A DNA stretch of 64,000 nucleotides from Candidatus Bathyarchaeota archaeon (lineage in GTDB: Archaea; Thermoproteota; Bathyarchaeia; TCS64). The stretch is from contig JBDRQD010000048.1 of assembly GCA_043826455.1 (NCBI GenBank), positions 128,001 to 192,000 on the forward strand. The letters are read 5' to 3'. The translations under genes and the position numbers were made by a program. Of this stretch, positions 53,599-63,762 are shown in pieces; position 1 is the first letter of the stretch; each line of letters begins with the position of its first letter. The notes under the pieces were generated by a model. It saw nothing but the letters and a program-made list of their open reading frames with translations, was not told where the DNA came from and ran no database searches.

Positions 53599-54840
53599 AT
53601 GGCTGCGGGTTTCGGCCAGTTTGATGCGGTGTACAACATCCTCATCCTGGTCGTCATCATATCTCTCATAGCCCGCCAGATCAACTTCCCCTCCACCATA
53701 GCCTTCATCTTCGCCGGGCTCCTCGCCGCCTACGCTCCAAGGTTTCCTATACCTGAGATATCCCCTGAGATATTCCTCAGCGTACTGCTACCCCCCATCC
53801 TTTTCAGCGAGACCCTGAACACGGACATAGAGGGCCTCCTGGACGACGGTGACACCATTCTGGGGTACGCCGTGGCGGGCACGGCCCTCACGGTGGTGGC
53901 GGTGGCCGTGTTCATCCGCCTCCTGGTGGGATTCACCTGGACCGAGGCCTTCCTCTTGGGCATCATCATCGCCCCCACCGACCCCGTCTCGGTGATAGCC
54001 ACCTTTAAGCAGCTGGGCGTCGTCAAGCGCTTCCAGCTCATAGTGTCCGGGGAGAGCCTCTTCAACGACGGCGTGGCCATCGTCCTGTACAGCATCCTGC
54101 TTATCATTATAGAGGGCGGGAGCATAACGGGCCCCGAGGTGGCCCAGATAAGCATAGTGAAGGTCTTCGGCGGCGTCCTCCTGGGCTACATAGCCGGCTA
54201 CATTGTCCACCTCATCTTCTGCTGGACCGACGACCTCTTCGTCAAGATACTGCTCAGCTTCATAGTGGCCTTCGGCGTCTTCAGGCTGGCCGAGGAGTTC
54301 CACGCCAGCGGCGTCATCGGCGTCGTGGTGGCGGGCCTCCTCCTCAACTACCGGTGCAAATCTAGCGGCGGCCTAACTCACCAGGAGGAGGAGAGCCTCA
54401 AGGTGATGTGGGAGTTCGTGGGCTTCATAGCCAGCAGCTTCGCCTTCATATTCATCGGCGTCTCCCTAGATCCAATGCTCCTCCAGGGATTCATGATGTC
54501 TGTCCTGGCCCTGGGGGTGTTCACCGTCGCCTTCAGGTACGTGATGGTGGACCTGGTGGCCAGGTTCCTGGAGGCCTACCGCAGGAAGAGGATTCCACGC
54601 AACTGGAAGGTGGGGATGACGTGGAGCGGACTCAGGGGCGCCGTGTCGGTGGTGCTGGTACTAGGCGTCACGGGCCTCAGCCTACCCAACGAGACGGGGC
54701 TGCTGGCCCTGACCTACGGTATCGTGCTGGGCACCAACCTCATACAGGGTCTGTCCATGCCCTGGGTGGTAAACCGGCTAAGGCTGTTCAGCACCAGGCC
54801 CGCACCCGAGGCCCAGGAGGCCCCGGAGACCAATGTCTAA
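53599..54840 (+). CDS. CPA1-family Na+/H+ antiporter
   Basis: LPPILF, PTDPVSV, GESLFNDG, GLRGAVS. Confidence 0.93.
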   Translation: MAAGFGQFDAVYNILILVVIISLIARQINFPSTIAFIFAGLLAAYAPRFPIPEISPEIFLSVLLPPILFSETLNTDIEGLLDDGDTILGYAVAGTALTVVAVAVFIRLLVGFTWTEAFLLGIIIAPTDPVSVIATFKQLGVVKRFQLIVSGESLFNDGVAIVLYSILLIIIEGGSITGPEVAQISIVKVFGGVLLGYIAGYIVHLIFCWTDDLFVKILLSFIVAFGVFRLAEEFHASGVIGVVVAGLLLNYRCKSSGGLTHQEEESLKVMWEFVGFIASSFAFIFIGVSLDPMLLQGFMMSVLALGVFTVAFRYVMVDLVARFLEAYRRKRIPRNWKVGMTWSGLRGAVSVVLVLGVTGLSLPNETGLLALTYGIVLGTNLIQGLSMPWVVNRLRLFSTRPAPEAQEAPETNV

Positions 54841-54891
54841 GATTTAATCAAAGTTTATAATCGGTGGTTCCCCACGCCCATATTGATTGTC

Positions 54892-55386
54892 ATGTCAGTA
54901 GCCGAAAGACTCAGGATGCTATCCGACTTGGAGGAGAAGTACGCCGTCGAGCTGGAGAAGGAGTACCGGGGCTATGGTAACGAGGTGGTCCGGCAGCTCA
55001 TCGCCAGCGTCATGGTGGACAGCAGGAAGCACGCGGGCCTCTACAAGACCGCAGCATCCATCATGGAGGGTAAAAGCCTGAGCATAATGGACCTAGAGTT
55101 CGAGGAGCTGGAGAAGCGGCTCAGGCTCCACATCGAGATGGAGCAGGAGATGATCGACGCCGCCAAGAACCTCATGGACGAGGTCAAGGACGAGCGGGTC
55201 AAGAAGATACTCACCTGGATATACGAGGATGAGCTCTTCCACCACCCCATGATGAAGGTGCTCCTGGAGGTGGTCCTCAAACGGGAGATGATCAGCGAGC
55301 AGGACGTCTGGGACATGCTCTTCAGGGACCTGCCAACCCACGGCCACGCCCCCGACCCCAACGTGGGTAGGCTCTACGGAGGCTAA
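54892..55386 (+). CDS. Ferritin-like (rubrerythrin-like) protein
   Basis: E..., DS.KH, H..ME, DE..HH diiron-type ligand pattern. Confidence 0.7.
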   Translation: MSVAERLRMLSDLEEKYAVELEKEYRGYGNEVVRQLIASVMVDSRKHAGLYKTAASIMEGKSLSIMDLEFEELEKRLRLHIEMEQEMIDAAKNLMDEVKDERVKKILTWIYEDELFHHPMMKVLLEVVLKREMISEQDVWDMLFRDLPTHGHAPDPNVGRLYGG

Positions 55387-55621
55387 CCCTCCGCGTAGCT
55401 CCGTTATAAACTCCCAGACATTACCCTTCGGGGTTGCACCGTCTCTAAGCTGCCCCCGCGAAACTCCCTTAACATTTACGTTTTCATTAAAGATTTTTAC
55501 CGAAAAAATCTCTACTGCGGCTTTTTTGCCGACAAAAAACCGACAAAATCTTAGGTAAAAAATATACTTTTAGCGGAAAAAATAAAGGTTTTTAAAGTAA
55601 AATGAGATGGATTTTATTAGA

Positions 55622-55786
55622 ATGCCTGAGCGAAAGTACAAGTACCACACAGTCAACCTGCCCGAGAGCCTAGCCCAGAAGATAGAGGAAGTTATAGAGA
55701 GCGGGAACCACGGATACACCAGCATCCCGGACTTCGTCAAATCGGCCGTCCGCCGATACCTGAGGGACCTCGGATACCTAGTGTGA
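55622..55786 (+). CDS. Ribbon-helix-helix (CopG-like) protein, 54 aa (missed by ORF track)
   Basis: MPERKYKYHTVNLPESLAQKIEEVIESGNHGYTSIPDFVKSAVRRYLRDLGYLV. Confidence 0.8.
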   Translation: MPERKYKYHTVNLPESLAQKIEEVIESGNHGYTSIPDFVKSAVRRYLRDLGYLV

Positions 55787-55904
55787 CGATCCGCTGAAAA
55801 TGGAACCCGACTGGGCCTCTGGAGATATAGGTTGCACCATCCCTTTTACCGTCAGCTGATCACAAACTTTATTGAAATTCACTGATAAACTATCATCATC
55901 CAAT

Positions 55905-56183
55905 ATGAGCGGCAAACCCCCCTTCGACGAGGTGTGGAAAAGGATCAGCGTCCGGGCTGGTGACATCTTCTTCACCAAGACGGGGCTCCGCTTCACCTAC
56001 AAGGTGGAGGATGACAAGGTCCTCATCAGCCGGGCCAAGTACACGGTATCTAAGAATGACCTCAGGAGAGCCTACGAGATGTCTCCCTTGGGCGGCCCCA
56101 GTCAGCTGTCCTCCGCCGTGAGGGGCCCCACCTACGTGTGGGCGATCCTCCACGACGCCCGGGTCACCCTTAGGCAGTGGTAG
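55905..56183 (+). CDS. Hypothetical protein
   Basis: 92-aa ORF; F.TKTG..FTY, YVWAIL.D.R. Confidence 0.65.
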   Translation: MSGKPPFDEVWKRISVRAGDIFFTKTGLRFTYKVEDDKVLISRAKYTVSKNDLRRAYEMSPLGGPSQLSSAVRGPTYVWAILHDARVTLRQW

Positions 56184-56225
56184 CGTACCAAAACATTGTT
56201 ATATCGCTAGCGAAAAAAGGTGATT

Positions 56226-56582
56226 ATGGCAACATGCAGAGGATGCGGGGACGAGCTGGCCAAGGACGCCAACTTCTGCCCCAGATGCGGGCTTAGAACC
56301 GATAAAGGGGAGAAGGACGGCGTTAAGACCCCTGTGGCCCCCAGGCCGGAGTGGGAGAAAGACGTGGAGACGGCCCTGAACAACGCCACCAGGCTCATGG
56401 ATGACGCCTTCCAGGCGGCCAAGAAAGGGTTGCAGGCGGCCGCCGACGAGATAGGTGTGGAGCTGGAGAAGGCTCGTGGAAGAACAAGGGTCCTGGACCC
56501 GGTTTACTGCCCCAAGTGTGGTAAGAAGAACCCGGGGGACGCCCAGTACTGCACGGTGTGCGGAAAAGAGATACTCAGATGA
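56226..56582 (+). CDS. Zinc-ribbon domain protein
   Basis: CRGCG..CPRCG at the N-terminus, CPKCG..CTVCG at the C-terminus. Confidence 0.8.
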   Translation: MATCRGCGDELAKDANFCPRCGLRTDKGEKDGVKTPVAPRPEWEKDVETALNNATRLMDDAFQAAKKGLQAAADEIGVELEKARGRTRVLDPVYCPKCGKKNPGDAQYCTVCGKEILR

Positions 56583-57262
56583 GGGTCCCGCGCGCCTGGA
56601 AGCCCTGCTCGAGATGTTCTGCGTCGCGGCGGGTAGGGACCAGTCAGGGGGCTACGGTCCTCACCTGTTTCGGCTCGGCGTATATGCCTGCGGTGCTTGG
56701 CGGAGATGGCCTTTGTTCATGTTCAGCCTTGCCGGGTGGGTGATCCCGAATGACTGAAAAAACCGCCATAAGGGGGTACCCCCTACGTTTTTTACACATC
56801 AACCATCGTTGCCCTGTGCTTGATGTGATGAATGTGCCGTGTTTTTGTATGGAATGAACAGCGTTTTTGCATAGATTCATGCGGCGTCGGACCGGTTCTG
56901 TGGCTCCTTTTGGCGTGGGGCGCCCGTTTCCGGTCTATCTTGCACTACCCCCCTCCCCCCTCACGGGGTGTCCGGCGGTGGCGTGGTGGGTGTATCGTTA
57001 GCTGGGTGGCTTATCCTGTGCCAGCCGGGATAAGGCGGAAAAAAACTTCTTTTATTACGTGTTTCCTTTGATGAGATGCTTCAACGGCTTGTTGATGGTC
57101 TGAGGCCTCTGTGTGCTCATTATTGGTGGGGTACGTCATGGGTAGTCTCCGTTTCTTATTGTAATTTTTATCTTTTTGCGATACGCGGGGACGTCAGGGA
57201 TAAGCTTACTGGTGCACATTTAAAACGGGGCTCTCAAGCTTCCCCATGTTGTTAAATGGGGG

Positions 57263-58216
57263 CTAGAGTCGACGGATAACCTCGTCCCTGAAGAGGGTAA
57301 GCTTCTCCTTGGCCGCCTCCACGTCCCCCGTGGGCCTAACGTAGAGGATCATGAGGCCGATGCCCAGGTCCCCGGCCTGCCTCATCTTGTCCACCAGCGC
57401 CTCCGGGGTCCCCATGAACATGTCCCGTTTAACCTCCTCAGGGGACCTCCTCATCCTCTCAGCGGTCCTCTCCACCGCTGCGTCGTACTCCTCCTCCGTG
57501 TCGTAGACCCAGACGGTGTGATCGAAGGCCGAGAAGCTGAAGTCTCCCAGGCTCTTACCGTACCGCTCCAGCTCAGGGACCAGGAGCCCCTTGGCGGCCC
57601 TCACCGAGCCGAGGCCTCCCCCCACGGTGAGCACGTTCAGGCCGTCGGCGTACTTCGCTGCTATCCTCACCAGCCTGGGCTTGCTTCCGCCCACGACTAT
57701 GGGCATGGGCTGCTGCACCGGAAGAGGGTAGTTGTAGGCATCCACCAGCTTCCAGTACCTGCTCTCGTAGCTGAACTCCGCGCTGGAGAACATGCCGCGG
57801 AGAATCCTCACCGTCTCCTTGAGCAGGTCGGCCCGGACAGGCCCTGGAGGTACACCGCCGCCGTCCCCTGTCAGGTCGTAGCCCTCGTACTCCTGCTTCA
57901 TATAGCCGGCCCCGATGATGGCGTCGTACCTGCCCCCGGAGAGGTGGTCTAGGGTGGTGATGGTCTTGGCCAGGTAAGCCGGGTTCCTCAGGCCGTTGAA
58001 GACTGTGATGTGGCCCAGGCGCATCCGCCTCGTCTGCACCCCGATAGCGGCCAGGGTGGTCATGGCCTCCAGGAAAGGCATCTTGGCCTCCGACATGAGG
58101 CCCATCACGTGGTCGTTGAGGTAGATGCCGTGGAGGCCCAGCTCCTCAGCGTGGAGGGCCAGGTCCAGCATCCCCTTGTAGGTGACCCCAGGCCTGATGA
58201 AGTAACCGAACCTCAT
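57263..58216 (-). CDS. Luciferase-like (LLM) flavin/F420-dependent oxidoreductase
   Basis: NDH, RNPA.LAK...TLD.LSGGR, P.PVQ.P.PI.VGG, AAKYADG. Confidence 0.88.
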   Translation of the reverse strand: MRFGYFIRPGVTYKGMLDLALHAEELGLHGIYLNDHVMGLMSEAKMPFLEAMTTLAAIGVQTRRMRLGHITVFNGLRNPAYLAKTITTLDHLSGGRYDAIIGAGYMKQEYEGYDLTGDGGGVPPGPVRADLLKETVRILRGMFSSAEFSYESRYWKLVDAYNYPLPVQQPMPIVVGGSKPRLVRIAAKYADGLNVLTVGGGLGSVRAAKGLLVPELERYGKSLGDFSFSAFDHTVWVYDTEEEYDAAVERTAERMRRSPEEVKRDMFMGTPEALVDKMRQAGDLGIGLMILYVRPTGDVEAAKEKLTLFRDEVIRRL

Positions 58217-58292
58217 AGACGGTGAAACCGGCTCCCCGTATTAGAGGCTTCCGCGGCGAAGAATCTAAACCGGGTGAAACATCTGATAAAGT

Positions 58293-59285
58293 ATGAGGGT
58301 GCTGTGCAGCGGTAGCTATCTGGCGGACATACTGGTTCCTGGGCTTCCCCGGATCGGGCCCCCGGGGAGCCTCACCTACGCCCCCAGGGGCATCCACCTG
58401 TCACCGGGGGGCCACTCCGCCAACGTGGCCCTGGACTTGGCCCAGCTGGGCCAGGGGGACGTCCACTCCACGGGGTGCCTAGGGGACGACGCCATGGGGG
58501 AGTACCTGACTAGGGAGCTTGTCAGGGGCGGCGTCCACGCCTACCCCCAGGTGGCTGAGGCTGTCCCCACGGCTAAGAACGTGGCTCTTATTGTGGAGGG
58601 GGAGGACCGCAGGTTCATAGCGGAGCTCACCGCCAACACCCTCTTGGAGCCCCGCCACGTCATGGGGCTGGTGGAGCGGCTTAGGCCAGCCGTGCTGTAC
58701 CAAGGAACCGTAGGAGGCCTCCGTTACATAGATGCAAGGCTGAGTACTGTGCTGGGGCACGCCAGGAGCCGCGGAGCGGCCACCCTGGTGGACGCCATAC
58801 CCCCCACAGGGGGATGGGGCCACATGGAGGAGGCTTATCCATACATGGATTTGCTCCACCTCAACCTTCAGGAGGCCAGGCAGCTCACAGGGCAGGAACA
58901 CTTGGGCAGGGTCCTCGATCGGCTGGCCGAGAACCATGTACCCCTAGCTGTTGTCTCCGATGGGGAGAGGGGCCTATACGCGGTCACAGACCGCAGCCGG
59001 CTCAGGATGCCCGCCTTCAAAGTGAAGACAGTAGACCAGACGGGGGCCGGGGACGCCCTCTGCGCAGGAATAATTGACTCACTGGACCGCCACGGCCTGA
59101 ACCCGTTGAAGCTGGGTGAGGCCCCCCTGGATGCTTTGACGCGGGTCCTCATGGAGGCCCAGGCGGCCGGGGCAGCCTGCGTGACGGGGATAGGGGCCGC
59201 CACCAACGTCAACAGGGAGCTCACGGAAGCCTTAATCAGGGAGCAGGGAGAAGCTGTCCTAGCCGCAGTGGACTCTGTAGAGTGA
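58293..59285 (+). CDS. PfkB-family carbohydrate kinase
   Basis: GG..ANVA..LA.LG, VDQTGAGD. Confidence 0.88.
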   Translation: MRVLCSGSYLADILVPGLPRIGPPGSLTYAPRGIHLSPGGHSANVALDLAQLGQGDVHSTGCLGDDAMGEYLTRELVRGGVHAYPQVAEAVPTAKNVALIVEGEDRRFIAELTANTLLEPRHVMGLVERLRPAVLYQGTVGGLRYIDARLSTVLGHARSRGAATLVDAIPPTGGWGHMEEAYPYMDLLHLNLQEARQLTGQEHLGRVLDRLAENHVPLAVVSDGERGLYAVTDRSRLRMPAFKVKTVDQTGAGDALCAGIIDSLDRHGLNPLKLGEAPLDALTRVLMEAQAAGAACVTGIGAATNVNRELTEALIREQGEAVLAAVDSVE

Positions 59286-59290
59286 TCATC

Positions 59291-59983
59291 ATGGCCGCGC
59301 CGAGGACACCCAGGGTCAGAACGGGCGTGGAGTCGCTGGACACCCTCCTGGGGGGCGGCTTCACCCCGGCAGCCGTCAACGTGGTCTACGGGGAGGCCGC
59401 CACCGGCAAGACCACCCTGTGCCTCACCGCGGCCCTAGGCCACCTCGCCGAGCACAGGGCCTCCAACGCCTACCTCATAGACTCTGACAACAAGCTGAAC
59501 ATAGGCCGCCTCACACAGATGGCCCAGCCGCGGGGCCTGGGCCTCCTCAAACGCCTCCACCTCCACATCCCTAAAAGCTTCCGGGAGCAGGAGGAGACCC
59601 TGGAGAGCCTGCCGCCCCTGGACTCCCTGGACCTGGTGATCCTGGACAGCGTCACGGGCCTCTACAGGGGCGAGACCGGCGACGAGGAGCAGACCTACAG
59701 GATAAACAAAGAGCTTAACCGTCACCTAGGTTACATAACGGAGATGGCCAGGACGAGGGGGGCGACATTCATGCTGACGGGCCAGGTGAGGAGCATCCTG
59801 GACACCCAGCAGGTGGAGCCCGTGGCCCCCAGGCTCCTCAGCTACTGGAGCAGCCTGGTGCTGAAGCTGGAGAAGGCCCCCCGGCCAGGGGTGAGGCAGG
59901 CCACCCTGGAGAAGCCGGCGGAGCGCCACGGGGTGATCTACCTAACGTTAGACGAGTCCGGGATCACGGAGAGCCGCTCATGA
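59291..59983 (+). CDS. RadB-like RecA-family ATPase
   Basis: TG..SLD.LLGGG, YGEAATGKTT, LVILDSVTGLYR; short, no N-terminal domain. Confidence 0.78.
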   Translation: MAAPRTPRVRTGVESLDTLLGGGFTPAAVNVVYGEAATGKTTLCLTAALGHLAEHRASNAYLIDSDNKLNIGRLTQMAQPRGLGLLKRLHLHIPKSFREQEETLESLPPLDSLDLVILDSVTGLYRGETGDEEQTYRINKELNRHLGYITEMARTRGATFMLTGQVRSILDTQQVEPVAPRLLSYWSSLVLKLEKAPRPGVRQATLEKPAERHGVIYLTLDESGITESRS

Positions 59984-60456
59984 ACCTCACCACCTTCCTG
60001 CTCGCCGTATACACATATCTGCCGGCCTACGTGGCCAACGCCAGCCCCGTGGTCCTGGGCGGCGGGGCACCCCTGGACGGTGGCCGCCTCTGGAGGGACG
60101 GCAAGCCCCTGCTGGGCGACCACAAGACGGTGAGAGGCGCCGCCATGGGCTTCCTGGTGGGCCTCGTAGTCGGGGTGGCTCAGGGCAACCCGGTGGGCGG
60201 AGCCCTCCAGGCCCTGGGGGCCATAGTGGGCGACCTGTTTGGCAGCTTCTTCAAGAGGCGGGTGAGCATCAAGCCGGGGGACAGTCTGCTGTTCTCGGAT
60301 CAGCTGGACTTCATAGTGCTGGCTGTGGCACTCAGCTACCCGGTCCAGCGGACCCCGTGGGACCAGGTGGCCGCGATCCTGTTAATCACCCTGCCCCTCC
60401 ACTACCTTGTGAACGTGGTGGCCTGGGCCCTTAAGCTGAAGAAGAACCCCTGGTAG
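59980..60456 (+). CDS. carS: CDP-archaeol synthase
   Basis: PAYVAN, P.D.G...DG..LLGD.KT.RG, GDL.GSF.KRR, DQLDF, K..PW. Confidence 0.92.
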   Translation: MNLTTFLLAVYTYLPAYVANASPVVLGGGAPLDGGRLWRDGKPLLGDHKTVRGAAMGFLVGLVVGVAQGNPVGGALQALGAIVGDLFGSFFKRRVSIKPGDSLLFSDQLDFIVLAVALSYPVQRTPWDQVAAILLITLPLHYLVNVVAWALKLKKNPW

Positions 60457-61365
60457 CTATGGGACGGGGTTCCTGGGCCGTTCGCCGGCCGTTATGGTTC
60501 TCCCGCAGTAGTTCAGTACGAACTGGTCCCTGAAGCGGCTCATGAGGGCGGCAGCGGCCTTGAACCCTGTGCAGTGGCAGGGTGAGAGCAGCTGGAGGTT
60601 GAAGCCCTCCAGGGCGTCGGCGGTACGGCTGATGTAGTCGTCCGGCCTGGACACCAGGTGGGTTCCGCCTACGAGGGCGCTGATGTCATTGAAGCCCCCG
60701 AGCATCTGAACATGCTTCAAGGTGTTTACGGGGCCGCTGTGGGCGCAGCCTGTGATGACCCAGGGGCCTTGGCCCTCCACCTCGGCCCAGAGGGCCATGT
60801 CGCATAGGATCAGGTCGTCGACCTCGGCGCCGTCCACCTCCACCAGCCTCTTGGCGCCTTCTGATGGCGCTGGGATGTCCTCGAAGCCCCCGGACCTGGG
60901 CACCTGCCCCGTGGTCCAGAGCCCCGGCACCACCTCGACGGGTCTCTCGGATAGCCTAACCTCGCCCCCGGCGGCCTCGATATTGTCCACTCCTTGGCCA
61001 TCGGGGACGCCGATCTTGGTTCTCTTCCCCGCCTTGTTCACGTTGACCCTGGGGAGGAAGCAGTGGGGGTGGGCGTAGACGGGGCAGCCCCCCGAGGCCT
61101 CCATGACCTCGACGGTGGCCACAGTATGGTCGCTGTGGCCGTGGCTGAGGACCACGGCGTCCAGGTCGCTGAGGTCAACCTTCAGCTCCTTGATGTTGTG
61201 GAGGAGGGGGTCCCTGTCATTACCGGTGTCCAATAGAACCTTCCGTGGGTATCCTTTACTGTCCTCCAGCTCCAAGAGGAAGCTGAGGCCCCACTGGCCG
61301 TGTAGGCCAGCCCAGTACACCATGTTGTCGGCAAAGGTTGTCAGTTTGAGCGTTTTTATGGTCAT
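60457..61365 (-). CDS. Metallo-beta-lactamase-fold hydrolase
   Basis: LLDTG, SHGHSDH, TGCAHSG, GGTHL, PCHCTG. Confidence 0.88.
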   Translation of the reverse strand: MTIKTLKLTTFADNMVYWAGLHGQWGLSFLLELEDSKGYPRKVLLDTGNDRDPLLHNIKELKVDLSDLDAVVLSHGHSDHTVATVEVMEASGGCPVYAHPHCFLPRVNVNKAGKRTKIGVPDGQGVDNIEAAGGEVRLSERPVEVVPGLWTTGQVPRSGGFEDIPAPSEGAKRLVEVDGAEVDDLILCDMALWAEVEGQGPWVITGCAHSGPVNTLKHVQMLGGFNDISALVGGTHLVSRPDDYISRTADALEGFNLQLLSPCHCTGFKAAAALMSRFRDQFVLNYCGRTITAGERPRNPVP

Positions 61366-61597
61366 GAGTTTAATGGGGGCGGGGAGCCTGATAACATTTC
61401 TATCAGCGTCTCGGTAATCTGGATGAGGATAGGGGAAGTGTCAAGGTTTCACTTACGTGTTTCATGGGAGAAGACATGATCGCCTTAAAATCTACTGATC
61501 GTTTTATTCATGAGACATGTGTCGGGCTGGGAGATGAAGCTACATAATAAGGTACGGTAACAAGAGGTTTCCAAGGGCCTCGGCTCTACTCTACCAG

Positions 61598-62416
61598 TTG
61601 AACGCCGCTCTGAGTTCCCCCTTGAGAGCCTTGAGGAGCCTCACGCCGGACCCGGCTCTTGCCGGCGGAGAGGTCGCGGGCGTCATGTGCGTCTGGGACG
61701 AGCAGCATAATGTGGGGCTCGCGCTGGAGTCCTCCAAGGACTTTGTGGACAGGTATATCGTCGTTGACAAGAACGGTGACACCATCCCCGTGGTGAGGGA
61801 GTACGCGGACAAGTTCGACCTCGACGTGGAGTACCACGTGAAGCCCTCGCTGGGGCTAGCCGAGTCCAGGATGTTCGCCATTGACAGGTCAGGGGCTGAA
61901 TGGGTCCTGGTTCAGGACGGGGATGAGGTATACAGCACCAGCGGTGTGAACGATGTGAGGAACCTGAGGGGGCTCATGGTGTACCCCAACATCATCGTTA
62001 GAAGCAGGAAGAACGTGCTGGTGGTTGACTATCTGCACACCCAGGAGGTCAACAACGGCTACCACAACTTCTTCTTCCACAACAACGGGTGCCTGAAGGC
62101 ATCGAAGGAGAGGGATGTCCCCTACGGCGGGGGGAGGGTCATCAACCTTGAGCCCGTGTACATCTTCAACTTGACGGGGGTTAAGCCGCCGAAGGAGCTA
62201 TTCTACAGGCAGAAGTACTGGAGAGACTACAACCTGGGTGAAGGGTACAGGCAGTTCACCTCCATCGAGGAGTTCGTCAGGGTCGGGATGGGGCTGAGCA
62301 TCACAGATGATATGATAGAGGAGTGGTGCGCGGAGTACCGGGCCAAGGCGATCCCTTACGACGATGAGGTTCAGGGGCCGCTCCCCGACGTCATACTGAG
62401 GCGTCTAAACCGATAG
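61598..62416 (+). CDS. Glycosyltransferase family 2-like protein
   Basis: DE...V...LES, IVVD, EWVLVQDGDE. Confidence 0.72.
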   Translation: MNAALSSPLRALRSLTPDPALAGGEVAGVMCVWDEQHNVGLALESSKDFVDRYIVVDKNGDTIPVVREYADKFDLDVEYHVKPSLGLAESRMFAIDRSGAEWVLVQDGDEVYSTSGVNDVRNLRGLMVYPNIIVRSRKNVLVVDYLHTQEVNNGYHNFFFHNNGCLKASKERDVPYGGGRVINLEPVYIFNLTGVKPPKELFYRQKYWRDYNLGEGYRQFTSIEEFVRVGMGLSITDDMIEEWCAEYRAKAIPYDDEVQGPLPDVILRRLNR

Positions 62417-62594
62417 TAACCGCATAACACTGAAGGAGCAGGGTGATCTTCTTCATCGTTTAGCGTCGTACACTCTTCATGTGCTTTGACGCCTGTTCTA
62501 AAACGTAGAATTATACGCTCCCTCAAACTTATATGGCGCATAGCCGATCTGAATGTGAACGCTCCGAGGGTGACTGGTGTGAGGGAGGCCAGGT

Positions 62595-63167
62595 GTGTTG
62601 AGTAGTGCTAGGCGCAAGATGCTGGCAGCCCAGGAGGACATAGCCAACCTCATCGCCGACCTTGCCAAGCGGAAGGACATGACGGTCTACCAGACGGTGA
62701 ATGACATCCTGGAGCAGGCGCTACGCGTGGAGGGGATGGGCCTTACCCTCAGGCAGGTGGTGGACGAGCGGTGGATGCTGGAGCGGGCCCGGGAGATGGG
62801 GTTCACCTTCACCGTGGAGCAGCTCCTCTACAGGGTCGTGGACGAAGCCTACGAGGAGGATAAGGAGAAGTACGCCGGTATCTGGCGGGAGATAGGCCAC
62901 TGGTACGGCAAGTACTTCCAGGCCAAGCACGAGAACCCCCTGGAGGCCTTCAGGGAGGCCATGGAGCTGTTCTGCTTGGGCAACGCGGATTATAGTCTGG
63001 AGCAGAACAGCCGCGACCTCACGATCAGCTTCATAGGAGAGAAGCTCACACCCGGCTACACTGAGCTGTTCAGTTTGATGGTCGAGGAAACTCTATTAGT
63101 ATTGGGGTACAAGCTGAAGGATAAGGAGCTGCGGAAAGGCATGGTGAAGCTCCACTTGACGAGGTGA
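62595..63167 (+). CDS. Hypothetical protein, RHH-like N-terminus (paralog of the next gene)
   Basis: N-terminal strand-helix-helix; W..(I/H)G.WYG.Y motif shared with the neighbour. Confidence 0.6.
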   Translation: MLSSARRKMLAAQEDIANLIADLAKRKDMTVYQTVNDILEQALRVEGMGLTLRQVVDERWMLERAREMGFTFTVEQLLYRVVDEAYEEDKEKYAGIWREIGHWYGKYFQAKHENPLEAFREAMELFCLGNADYSLEQNSRDLTISFIGEKLTPGYTELFSLMVEETLLVLGYKLKDKELRKGMVKLHLTR

Positions 63168-63171
63168 CCCC

Positions 63172-63762
63172 ATGGTCGAGGAGCTGCTGGACGACACCAA
63201 GTTCATCGTGGTACCCAGACAGTTGGCGGACCAGCTGAGGGTGCTGACGGCTCGCCTCGGGTACAGTGTGACTGATTTCGCTGTGGAGGCGCTTACCCAG
63301 GCCATGAGGGTTCAGGAGCTGGGCTCAGACCTCAAGGACGCCGTGGACATGTACCGCCTCACCGACGTCCAGAGGGGGGCCGGGAACATTCAGGTGACCC
63401 GGACCGTGTTCAAGGAGGTGCTTAAGAGGCTCTACGAGAGTGACGGTGATGAGCTACACAGGCTCTGGCTTGACCACGGTAAATGGTATGGGGCATATCT
63501 GAAGGCTAAGCTGGGTAGGGATCAGGTTCTAGGATTCGTCGAGAAGGATCTGCTTGTCGCCTGGAACCTGGACGAGGCCAAGGTGGTGCAGGAGGACCTT
63601 ATAGTCTCGGTTCGCTGCGTCTCCTTCGGGATGTCGGAGGAGTTCACAGAGCTTATGGTGAGCTACATCCGAGGGGTCATGGAGGAGCTGGGCTTCGCCG
63701 AGAACGAGCGCGATGTTCTCCGGGGCCTGGTGTCCCTGAAATTTCTGGGGAAACTGAAATAA
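63172..63762 (+). CDS. Hypothetical protein, RHH-like N-terminus (paralog of the previous gene)
   Basis: KFIVVPR.LA..L; LW.DHGKWYG.Y; TEL......LG.......RG.V.L. Confidence 0.6.
   Translation: MVEELLDDTKFIVVPRQLADQLRVLTARLGYSVTDFAVEALTQAMRVQELGSDLKDAVDMYRLTDVQRGAGNIQVTRTVFKEVLKRLYESDGDELHRLWLDHGKWYGAYLKAKLGRDQVLGFVEKDLLVAWNLDEAKVVQEDLIVSVRCVSFGMSEEFTELMVSYIRGVMEELGFAENERDVLRGLVSLKFLGKLK

Noticed and set aside
56820..57105. C/D-box sRNAs (GTGATGA, TTGATGA...CTGA)
   Set aside because: Box spacing is wrong and no convincing D'/C' boxes are present; similar weak hits near 7423 and 61423 were also dismissed.
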